DNA of 64,000 nt from an uncultured virus (IMG/VR IMGVR_UViG_3300021431_000098). Lineage: Duplodnaviria > Heunggongvirae > Uroviricota > Caudoviricetes > Crassvirales. The position numbers were made by a program, and so were the translations under genes. The stretch's first letter is position 1, and each line of letters opens with the position of its first letter. Shown here one piece after another: positions 55,901-64,000 of the stretch. A model generated the notes under the pieces. That model was not told the origin of the DNA. It was given only the letters and a program-made list of their open reading frames with translations, and made no database searches. The stretch lies in IMG/VR virus record IMGVR_UViG_3300021431_000098. One strand, given 5' to 3'.

Positions 55901-58900
55901 TAATGCCATTTCTATTTTCAATCATTAATTCCATCCATTTTTTATAATAGCCAGGCTCTCTCTTATTTCTTTCTCTAGCAAGTTCAGCTTGTTGATTATA
56001 AAGTTTAGTGTTAACTTTAAATTCAACATTATCTTCTATGAATTTTTTAACTTCTTCTTTCTTTTCTTCAGAAGCATCACCTGTTTTTAACTCATCTAAT
56101 TGAGAATATAATAGTATAAGACTGTCAATATCTTCTTCAGACAATAAAGCAGTTTCTATTATATTTTCTTGACTATTCCAATATTTAGAGAGGATTTTAT
56201 TAATTTCAGTAACTGTTTCATAATATTCACCAGACTTATTTTGGTTAGTACGCATACCATTGTAAAAGTCATCGTTGAACACATCATCACTTTTTATGCC
56301 ATTACTAATTAAACTTCTATCTGAAAATTGGCTATCTTCAAATATTCCATAACGAAGAGCTTGATAATTCTTTACTTTAGCAATTTGTTCAGCTGTAAGT
56401 TTAGTAGCATCTATAAAACCTTTATCATCTCTAGCTTTTGCAGTTCTAGCTATATTAAATAATACACTACGACCTTTTTTCTGCTGATTGAAAACACTAA
56501 AAGCATCACTAACTTTTTGTTGTATTTCAGGTTTAGCTCTGTAAGAAGCATTATATGCTAGCCATTCTTTAGACTCAGCATAATCTGGATGGTTCTCTAA
56601 TAAAGTTTCTATAGGAGTTATAAGATTTCCATTTCTATCATATTTTTCATAAGTTCTGATAACTTTTAGATGTTTATCTAATTCTGCGTCAAAAGTTTCA
56701 TTAGTATCATAAGTATAGTATTTGTCATTCAAAGCACGCATACCATTTATATAGGTTAGTAATGCGTTAGTAGCTTCTAAAGAGAATAATACTGCTTTTT
56801 CTCCTGTAAGACCATTTTCTTCTCTTAAGAAATCTGCAACATCATCTTGATTTAAAGCAACTTTCTTTACAATAGTATGATTCTCTATATCAGTATAATA
56901 TTCAGTTGTAAGATTATCTATTTCTTGATTAATTCTATCCAATTTAGCTTTGTTAGCATCATCAAGTTTTCCATTTCTTTGAAATTCTAATATATCCCTA
57001 CGTTGTTTTTCTAGTTGTTTGTACATTGAAAACACTTTTTTGTAAGGAGAATAAAGAATTTCTGCTATAAGTTCTACTTCTTTTTGATAATAATCATCTT
57101 TTAAAACTTGATTAATATGATTTAATTTCCACTTTTTAAGGTTCAGTTGGGCTTCTAAATGTTGAATACTATTTTCACCATAAGTAGCAGCAGCTAAATC
57201 TTGAGCATCTACTAAATCATTGTAATCTTTTACAAATTGTTCAGAATGCTCTGTAATCCAATCACCGTTTTTAATTAAATGATTTATATCTACTGTATTG
57301 CCATTTCTATTAGCTTCAGCAACTATATCATCCCATTCTTTATCAAACTCTCTTCTTCTCTTAGAAGCAAGCATATCAACTGTATTTAAATTAGCTGTAA
57401 GTTCTTTTGCTACAAGTTGAACTAAAGAATTATTAGACTCTTGTAAATCATTAATCCAAGCCTCAATTCCAGATGTAGTTTGGAAACTATCTACAATAGT
57501 CATTATATTTTGCTTAAAACGTGGGTCATCTGATAAACTAGCAAGATAATCAGTTGCAAATCTTCTAAAAGCATTATTAATTCTAGTATAAGTATCTAAT
57601 CTATTAATATCATTTTGAATAGAATCAAGTTGCCTTTTAGTAGCTGGATTGTCACTAGTATGTTCAAACATAGCAATAGTTCTATATTCGTCAACTAGTC
57701 GTTTAGCGTCAAGTATAGTTTTAAGAAATCTAACTCTTTGAGCCTTATCTGTTTTTATAATAGCTAAACACTCATCAGAATCAATAGGAACCCAATTGCC
57801 ATTAGCATCTTCGATAAAATTATCTATTTCTGATATAAGACTACCAACTTTTTTATGAACATAGTTAGAAGTAATATTTATAACTTTGTCATAATTTATA
57901 GTAACAGAATCTACAGTTGCTTTAATGTCATCTTTCTTAAATTGGTCAGTAGCAGTTTTAGCTAATGGGTCATTTTCTGAAAAAGCCATGTTCTTAATAG
58001 TTTTAACACTACTAATACCAAAGTCTTTATCAGTTACTGTAGAGTGACGAACATTACTTGTAGTTTCTGATTCACTAGAAGGCTTTACAGTATATACAAA
58101 ATTTAAGTTATCTACAATACGTTTTTTACCTATTGTCTTATCATATTTGTTTAATGAATTAAGAACATTCATAAGATGTTCGTTAGGCTGAGTAGGAATA
58201 GTTCCTTTGTTTAAAGCATCTTTAAATCCTTTATCAAAATAGGCAAGTCTAACTTCATATTTTTCGTTATTAACATGAAATACACCAACTTGACCACGAC
58301 TAATATAATGAGTCAATAGAGGTTGAAAAACATAATAAACACTATTAGGATTATTCTTAAAAGCAGCAGCTGTATCTCTTTTTAATTTAGCTATAGTTTC
58401 AATATCACTAGCTCTGGGATTATCTAAAGTAGTAACAACGGTTGTTGTTTTAGTTGATATTCTTTCTTTTGCTTCTTTAGCTTCTTCTTCATATTGAGAT
58501 AATATATCTTGAATGTCAGGTGTTTCTTCAGTAATAATTTCTGCAACTACATCTTCATAGAAAGAAGAAGGATAAAACCTATTATTTACAGGATTTATAG
58601 ACAATTCAGAGTTTTCATTATTCTCAAGTTTATTAAGAGGATAAAGAACTAAACTTCCATCATCAACAGATTGTCTAATTCTATATAATGTATAATTATT
58701 TTCACCTGGAAATTTAAGAATAATATAGTCATTCGCAACATATCCTTTAGCTTTTTTATTAAAGTATGCAAGAGAATATTTTTCTACTAAATTCTTAAAA
58801 TTAGGATTAGAAGCACTTAAGTAAATAATATTGTATCTTGTTTTTACAAGGTCTGTAATAGTTATAGGCTCGCCATATTCATTAGATACAGTTTTATTAC

Positions 58901-61900
58901 TAACTGTGTGTCTTCTTATAGCAATAAGTTTTTCATAGTTGGCTCTTATAAAGTTTTCTCTAAAAGTTCTATAATCAATATATCGTTCACCTATTTTAGA
59001 GTTTATAACAAGTTCTTTTACATTATCAATAACACTCAAGCCATTATATATGGCTTCATTCTTTATTACTTTTCCAACTCCATTAGCAACAGTCTTGCCT
59101 CCATTTACAAGATAATGATATTTTATAATATCTATAGCAGCATCATGAATTAAAGGATTGTTATTGTTAAATGCTTTAGCAAATAATGAGTATATTTCCT
59201 CACTACTATTAGCATTTTCTTTATAAGTTAAACTATGTCTAAAATTATTATATTTATTGCCAATCAAATCAACATCAATGTATTCAAAAACACCTCTATG
59301 TTTAGCTCTTTGTTGTATAAAATATATCTTTTGAGCAGGAGAAAGATGCGACCATGTTTCTAGCTCATTTTTAGTAGGATGATTAATATCTTTACAAACA
59401 AAGTCTATATCTAGTGTGTCAAAACCATATACTCTTCTTTTTTCCTGTTCTAATATTTCATTAAACTCATCTATTTCTAATACTCTATTTTCTGCAATAT
59501 CAAATCTAACCAAATTACCTTCGCTATCAACAACAAAAGGTAAAGCTACATCAGATGCTCTTCTATAAAAATCTCCTAAAATATATTGAGTATAATCACT
59601 ATAATTAGAAGGAGTAAGTTTAGGACTTTCATCCTCTGTCATAGTAAAGCTATCATTCAAACTTCTAACTTCATTATCGAAATTAGTAGTTTTAGTAAGA
59701 AATAGTTCTTTATTAATTTTAATAGAAACAGCCGAAGCATATTTCATAAAATTATACATAGTAGGATAAGTAGAAATACCATCTGTAGAAAGAAATTCTT
59801 CGATAACTTCATCTGTTGTCATGTGATTACTATTCAAACCAGGATATACAGCACGAAGAAGATTAACAAAATTACCTTTAGTATCTTGAGCTTTCAATAA
59901 ACTTTCTTTTCTCTTAAGTATTTCTGTAATTTTATCAAATACTTGAGCAGTATCAAAAATGCTTTGTTTAGCACCAAACTTATCAGGATTTAAACAAGTA
60001 GCATATTCAGTTAAACCACTAGCTAAAGCATTAAGTTTGTTAAATTGTAATATAGTTATTAAATCTACAATATCATTGTCATCAACATTATTAAGTTTAT
60101 TATGGTATCTATCTTGAAGTAAATGAGATATTATAGGAATAACACTCATCTTACTTGGGTCAGTTGATAAAGTAGTATTAGCAACATCAACACCAAAAAG
60201 TCTTTCTATATTTTCTCTATAGGCGGATAGTATATTTGACAATAATGTATTTGTATCAGCTTTTTTAATATTTATATTTTTTCTTTTAGCTAATTCAATA
60301 CATTTTTCTTTAATAAATGCTTCAGTAGGATTGCCATAACTTACTTGATACGCAGAATTTCTACTATTATTTCTATTAACAAGTTCTGTAATAGCAGGTT
60401 GTACCATAAATGCTACAGAAGTCATATAATCAGAACCGATAGAAGGAAATAGTTTATATACAGGAAATGTAAAAGTATTAACATTAGGAATAATACCTTC
60501 TTTAATAGCATCAAGAATATGTGCAGTTGTTTGAGAACTATAAGAAGTTATAAGTTTTCCAACAACATTTTTGTTATTTTTAGACCAACCATATCTTTGA
60601 TGATGTACAACAAAGCATTTATCTCCATTTATTGTTTTAACTTCATATTCTGTTTTATCATACATCGATTCTATATCTTCTTGCTTATATCCATCTTTTT
60701 CGCGATATACAACAGTTATGATGTTATTTGGATTAACAATAGGTCTTGTAGTGTTACATACAGAACAGAAGCCATCCATAAAAACACTCATACCTTTAAG
60801 TTTAAGACCAGACATAGCATCAAAATGATATTCAAATTGGTCAAAAGGATTATATGTACAAGTGCTATTAGGCTTGACATTACCTGTAATCATTTCTCTT
60901 GCACTATAGTCTTCACCAGCGATATCTCTAAAATTAGAAGTACCAAATAATTCTTCAATAACTTCATCTGATTGAAGAATATCTATACAAGAATTGATAA
61001 TAGCATTTTCCAATACTTTTTCATCTAATGCTAACAATTCTTTTTCAGACATCGCTTCTAGTTCTTCCATAGTAGGAAATGGAATTCTAGTTATAACACC
61101 ATTCTCTACTTTAGAGTTAAAATTGATACCATAAATAGAGTCAATATCAAAGTCAGAACCAGTTTGAGCAACCCAACCATCAGGAACAACAATTGTAGAA
61201 CCATAGGCGTCGTCTATAAATCCTTTAATTTTCATTATAGAAATAGACTGTTTACCTTCAGTAGGAATACGATAACCTATAATTTTGTCAAGACCTGCAA
61301 TTTCTAATTCAGTACGAAGTTGCTCATCAGATTTCAAACTACCATCAATATTATATCTATTGAAATTAAAATTATTCTTAGGAAGAAGAATTTCTGTATA
61401 ACTAACTCTAGTAAATTTATTTCTATTTTCTTTTGACAATGCTTTATATTCTTCTTCGCTAATAACATTTCCTAAACTATCGGCATAAGCATTAGGATGA
61501 TATTCCAAATTAGAACTAACACCAATTTGACCATGATACTCATCATAGTATTTCTTTTCTTTAGCAGTAAGAGCTTTATATTCTTCTTTAGTTACAATAG
61601 TTTTAGCATTGTTTTGCTCGCCTAATTTGTTTCGTTTGTAAGTTGTAGTTTTATTCGCTTTAAAACCAATACTTGTCATCTGAGCAGCATGGAAACCAGG
61701 AAGCTTTTGTCTAGTTATTTTATTTTGAATAATACTTTGAGCAAGACTTTCAACTTTTATAGCTACTGTTACATCAAATAATGGCATATTAGTATCACCA
61801 GTATCAGGATTTATTTCAGTAAATGCTAACATATTACTGTCAAGTCCTGTTCTTTTCATTTCATTTCTTAATTCATCAAGAAATGCTTTTTTATCAAAAC

Positions 61901-64000
61901 CTACAATTCTTCCCTCATCAGTAAATTTAAGATTATTATTTTCATCTAATTCTACTCCAAATTTAGTAGCAGTAGTTATAAAAGCTTGCTTAATTTTAGC
62001 GCCATAAACTTTAAATATAATACCTTTTCTACGAAGATTTTCTGGGTCAGATAAATTGTCCAATACTTTCTTCATAAATTGAATACCAGCTTTATTTTTA
62101 GCATTCAAATGTTGAGGAGTATCCAACTGAGTATAAAGATAAGTATAATCAAACAATTCTATAGCATCAGAACCAGTATCAGCTATAGTTGCTTTAAACT
62201 TATTAAGATTAGCTTCTGTTAAAACACCATCATTATTCCAAAATGTAAGTACATTAGTTTTACCAGCTTTTGTAGTTTCCACAGTGTTGCATTGAGCAAT
62301 ATCAGCAGAATCCATAACTTCTGCTAAAATTTCTAATTCAGTACCACGAAGAAGTCTAGGTATTAAAACAAATTCTGCATTCTTAACTTGTCTAGGTGCA
62401 GTAATATGGCTTTCTGTATTAGTATTGTGGTCGTAATAAAAGTTCTTTTGAAGTTGAATAAATTCACGTACAATATCAGGAGTTAATTCTTGAGTTTCAT
62501 CATTTATTGCATCAATGAGAGGTTTATATTTATTTAATTCTCCTCTAAGAGCCACACGTCTTATAAATTCTTTGAATGTTATGAAAGATATAGCGTCATT
62601 AGCTTTAACTCTATCAAATGCTTCTGCTATATTATTAGCAACATTTTCACCATATTGTTTTTTAATCTTAGCATAAACATTGCCACCTTTCTGCATTGAA
62701 GCAACAGCATGAACAGAATTACTAATAGTAATACCTGTAAATGTTTTTCTTTGTTTTAACGTAAAACTAGAAACATTACCTGCACTATCTTTTACATTAA
62801 ATATAGTACTATTCAAAGGACTTTTTACATCGACATTATAGTCATCATCCAAATTAGCTTTATCAACTTTAGTTATATCAAAAGTTGGGTCAAAAATACC
62901 ATAACTGACACCACCTGCTTGTCCTTCTTTAGCTCTTTTAAAGAAATCTTGAGCATTTTTATAAAACTTACTATCACCCTCAACTAATTGGTCATAATTG
63001 ACATACATTAAATATGTATTAAGAGCCCATTCTGTAATATGTTCTTCATTAAATAACGAATTAGGAATAAATTCTTTATATTCCTGCATTTTATTTACAG
63101 AATAGTCAATAAATCTTTCTATAAACTTTTCAACATAAAAATCAATACATTCTTCTTGAGTCATTCTTGTTACAGTGCCGTCATCATTTCTATGTTCTAC
63201 TACTTTATCATCAGTAAATATCACATCAACACCTTTATCGGTAACTCTAGTATGAATGTACTTTCCTGTAGCACCCCCCGTAAGGAAATCAAATGCTTCT
63301 TTAAATAATTGCTCACCGAAGTTTTCTATCTCTATACCTTTTTCAGCAATACATAATTTATTACTTTTAAAACAATTACCAGTGAGAACCCAATTATCAT
63401 TTACTTTTTTAAGAATAGTTTTATCTTTATCGTTATAATGATAATTTGCATAAGCATTAGGACAGTCTTTACTATCAAACCAACCTTCTTTAAAAATAGG
63501 TTTATAGTCTTGACTAGAGTCACCTAATCTAACAATACCTGGAATTTCTTGTTCAAACATTACATACAAAGAATTAGCAATATCTGTTAATTCTTGCATT
63601 ATATTGTTCTTGTATTGTCTGAATATAGCGTGATTTTTATTTATTACTTTAGTTATAGCACCTTTTTTATACCCTTCCTCTATAATAAGATTATTTATGG
63701 TTCTATTCAAACTTTCTGGAATAGTTCTATCAGAAAGAATATAAACTTTATAATCTTTTAAATTTAAACTACTAGAATTACTATTGACAGGACCGTTATT
63801 AGAATTTCCAGCATAAAGAGTACCTTCAAGTACATATTCTAGTACATTACCATCAGGGTCAATATATTTTCTTCTAGTTCTTACAACATCGCCTAAATTA
63901 AAATATGGAGTATCAGAATATAATTCATTAAAAGCTACATTTCTTTGCTTTTTTATCATCGCTAAATCATCAACAACAATATCTCTTTGGTCAGAACCCC
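52977..64000 (-). CDS. giant virion-packaged RNA polymerase (two-barrel), 5'-truncated
   Basis: YRIPTEGKQS and catalytic GSDFDIDS (DFDID at 61140-61154); frame stays open to the window edge (>3670 aa). Confidence 0.92.
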   Translation of the reverse strand, partial: GSDQRDIVVDDLAMIKKQRNVAFNELYSDTPYFNLGDVVRTRRKYIDPDGNVLEYVLEGTLYAGNSNNGPVNSNSSSLNLKDYKVYILSDRTIPESLNRTINNLIIEEGYKKGAITKVINKNHAIFRQYKNNIMQELTDIANSLYVMFEQEIPGIVRLGDSSQDYKPIFKEGWFDSKDCPNAYANYHYNDKDKTILKKVNDNWVLTGNCFKSNKLCIAEKGIEIENFGEQLFKEAFDFLTGGATGKYIHTRVTDKGVDVIFTDDKVVEHRNDDGTVTRMTQEECIDFYVEKFIERFIDYSVNKMQEYKEFIPNSLFNEEHITEWALNTYLMYVNYDQLVEGDSKFYKNAQDFFKRAKEGQAGGVSYGIFDPTFDITKVDKANLDDDYNVDVKSPLNSTIFNVKDSAGNVSSFTLKQRKTFTGITISNSVHAVASMQKGGNVYAKIKKQYGENVANNIAEAFDRVKANDAISFITFKEFIRRVALRGELNKYKPLIDAINDETQELTPDIVREFIQLQKNFYYDHNTNTESHITAPRQVKNAEFVLIPRLLRGTELEILAEVMDSADIAQCNTVETTKAGKTNVLTFWNNDGVLTEANLNKFKATIADTGSDAIELFDYTYLYTQLDTPQHLNAKNKAGIQFMKKVLDNLSDPENLRRKGIIFKVYGAKIKQAFITTATKFGVELDENNNLKFTDEGRIVGFDKKAFLDELRNEMKRTGLDSNMLAFTEINPDTGDTNMPLFDVTVAIKVESLAQSIIQNKITRQKLPGFHAAQMTSIGFKANKTTTYKRNKLGEQNNAKTIVTKEEYKALTAKEKKYYDEYHGQIGVSSNLEYHPNAYADSLGNVISEEEYKALSKENRNKFTRVSYTEILLPKNNFNFNRYNIDGSLKSDEQLRTELEIAGLDKIIGYRIPTEGKQSISIMKIKGFIDDAYGSTIVVPDGWVAQTGSDFDIDSIYGINFNSKVENGVITRIPFPTMEELEAMSEKELLALDEKVLENAIINSCIDILQSDEVIEELFGTSNFRDIAGEDYSAREMITGNVKPNSTCTYNPFDQFEYHFDAMSGLKLKGMSVFMDGFCSVCNTTRPIVNPNNIITVVYREKDGYKQEDIESMYDKTEYEVKTINGDKCFVVHHQRYGWSKNNKNVVGKLITSYSSQTTAHILDAIKEGIIPNVNTFTFPVYKLFPSIGSDYMTSVAFMVQPAITELVNRNNSRNSAYQVSYGNPTEAFIKEKCIELAKRKNINIKKADTNTLLSNILSAYRENIERLFGVDVANTTLSTDPSKMSVIPIISHLLQDRYHNKLNNVDDNDIVDLITILQFNKLNALASGLTEYATCLNPDKFGAKQSIFDTAQVFDKITEILKRKESLLKAQDTKGNFVNLLRAVYPGLNSNHMTTDEVIEEFLSTDGISTYPTMYNFMKYASAVSIKINKELFLTKTTNFDNEVRSLNDSFTMTEDESPKLTPSNYSDYTQYILGDFYRRASDVALPFVVDSEGNLVRFDIAENRVLEIDEFNEILEQEKRRVYGFDTLDIDFVCKDINHPTKNELETWSHLSPAQKIYFIQQRAKHRGVFEYIDVDLIGNKYNNFRHSLTYKENANSSEEIYSLFAKAFNNNNPLIHDAAIDIIKYHYLVNGGKTVANGVGKVIKNEAIYNGLSVIDNVKELVINSKIGERYIDYRTFRENFIRANYEKLIAIRRHTVSNKTVSNEYGEPITITDLVKTRYNIIYLSASNPNFKNLVEKYSLAYFNKKAKGYVANDYIILKFPGENNYTLYRIRQSVDDGSLVLYPLNKLENNENSELSINPVNNRFYPSSFYEDVVAEIITEETPDIQDILSQYEEEAKEAKERISTKTTTVVTTLDNPRASDIETIAKLKRDTAAAFKNNPNSVYYVFQPLLTHYISRGQVGVFHVNNEKYEVRLAYFDKGFKDALNKGTIPTQPNEHLMNVLNSLNKYDKTIGKKRIVDNLNFVYTVKPSSESETTSNVRHSTVTDKDFGISSVKTIKNMAFSENDPLAKTATDQFKKDDIKATVDSVTINYDKVINITSNYVHKKVGSLISEIDNFIEDANGNWVPIDSDECLAIIKTDKAQRVRFLKTILDAKRLVDEYRTIAMFEHTSDNPATKRQLDSIQNDINRLDTYTRINNAFRRFATDYLASLSDDPRFKQNIMTIVDSFQTTSGIEAWINDLQESNNSLVQLVAKELTANLNTVDMLASKRRREFDKEWDDIVAEANRNGNTVDINHLIKNGDWITEHSEQFVKDYNDLVDAQDLAAATYGENSIQHLEAQLNLKKWKLNHINQVLKDDYYQKEVELIAEILYSPYKKVFSMYKQLEKQRRDILEFQRNGKLDDANKAKLDRINQEIDNLTTEYYTDIENHTIVKKVALNQDDVADFLREENGLTGEKAVLFSLEATNALLTYINGMRALNDKYYTYDTNETFDAELDKHLKVIRTYEKYDRNGNLITPIETLLENHPDYAESKEWLAYNASYRAKPEIQQKVSDAFSVFNQQKKGRSVLFNIARTAKARDDKGFIDATKLTAEQIAKVKNYQALRYGIFEDSQFSDRSLISNGIKSDDVFNDDFYNGMRTNQNKSGEYYETVTEINKILSKYWNSQENIIETALLSEEDIDSLILLYSQLDELKTGDASEEKKEEVKKFIEDNVEFKVNTKLYNQQAELARERNKREPGYYKKWMELMIENRNGINTINHYIFGYCVPSAKNYHKFVDKQRTEALKTIKEHTRTLETPYYTAELRRRIALREEERAAGNPNADKNYQDWYDANHIYNPHTHTTVPVDCWTYLALGYTTNNGDWVSTYQYEPAYAQKSRRPKDGKDVYGNPDGSKDMTNHDHKYGYTINNFKKGGKKLETPNSRYTDTKDYSNPDYNPNEYEIRLKNLILKTMQELIHLDSGIKWMNNNHLPAQRKKEELTGKKVAKELGKLVGWVDMSTSSKEFRENIDYAHDDVTGLPLLEWLVTNETPEIDYTTPVKENGMSDKDYYNLLLENRRKRREQEAKRKEIHAGQIDDNWKDVMDNFILNMCHFNAKQEEKYLGFFAIEMLKSMQSKKRVLMSKKLKRDKHGVIETEDTQLINQFQNWFRRYLYDQYKEETNPGLIKAANIVQSLTSAKFMTFNITGGVANVLVGKYQIIAEGAARDVLPYKAIHKGLQDYALGMASYAADSYKDKATTVQSAIAKFFNVLDYGELEGVVRTPDLEDTLQKIRDFEYSPLHMGEHLMQIGAGLFGALASHRLYFNADWKINGKPKYEYKNLAEVVRDSSYIVLESMLDEKEKKLWEEFKTYELRNDNSKVNYTDFREDLAAKFSQIYLKDRLKEYNQKREEYIKQAKIDFENDELHPTLRSELVLGENGIMEFKQGGKLESMGADAYKLLGQFKQRVISINKKIHGNYGKLDAAQLEKFWYGSLLMQYHKHIYPGIMKRYRRIGYYNEERGTVEKGAYQSLIDFLAMPLRNRNYVKKLQKDTGMTDSELQNVKGIQNIFKTYIDFFTHYRLYKDSMSEYDKANIRRAMGDIYGVLAAICLSVAIQCIADDNDDKGFLYNFMIYESDRLAAESFMYNPFGAASEARKLWSSPVAAMSGAGDLLNTMGLISQYIIQGDEFDATYTSGLYAGENKVKVKLMRNIPLYHSINMLSRLDKNNKYYKLGETALTVIPTQSIAEWISD

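Larger units (their letters stand above)
2931..63288. repeat. dispersed ~14-17 bp motif (T/C-rich)TAC(A)GGGGG, ~20 copies on both strands
   Basis: Copies at ~2931, 8992, 9685, 18540, 18717, 21520, 21547, 26440, 27863, 30628, 31875, 35821, 40457, 41424, 48968, 49014, 50931, 51591, 55045, 63272. Confidence 0.9.

Noticed and set aside
2931..63288. CRISPR array, Chi/KOPS or G-quadruplex explanation for the GGGGG motif
   Set aside because: Copies are dispersed rather than regularly spaced, show no strand polarity, and are single G-runs.
1..64000. Stop-codon reassignment or suppressor tRNA, known in some Crassvirales
   Set aside because: Long genes are intact under code 11; TAG and TGA act as normal stops with tight gene packing; the three tRNAs have sense anticodons.

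Overview
A 64-kb segment of an AT-rich (roughly 30% GC by eye) crAss-like phage (Crassvirales). Gene order and a family B polymerase resemble p-crAssphage/Intestiviridae; the host is probably Bacteroidota. The genetic code is standard. Layout: (i) 1-22.1 kb, minus strand, late module with fibre/ring proteins, major capsid protein, scaffold, portal, an ADP-ribosyltransferase-bearing polyvalent protein, TerL, lysis genes, a PD-(D/E)XK nuclease and an HU/IHF-like protein. (ii) 22.1-23.1 kb, a divergent non-coding switch region. (iii) 23.1-29.3 kb, plus strand, small early genes mixed with 3 tRNAs, 2 hammerhead ribozymes and at least 3 more pseudoknotted RNAs. (iv) 29.3-51.5 kb, replication and nucleotide metabolism (SF1 helicase, UDG-like, PolB, SSAP, SSBs, primase, ligase, ThyX, dUTPase, thioredoxin, RepL-like). 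(v) 51.7-64 kb, minus strand, a LysM protein and the giant virion RNA polymerase, cut off by the window edge. The strongest unexplained signal is about 20 copies of a dispersed (T/C)-rich-TACGGGGG motif. It sits on both strands and in different reading frames of unrelated genes, and two homologous inverted-repeat copies lie upstream of the two DNA-binding-protein genes. Other notable signals: a second, intergenic 12-mer (ACTTGGCAGTAT), the structured-RNA cluster, and a TonB-box-like LPEVxV motif shared by putative ejected proteins. All calls come from reading the sequence by eye; no searches were run.
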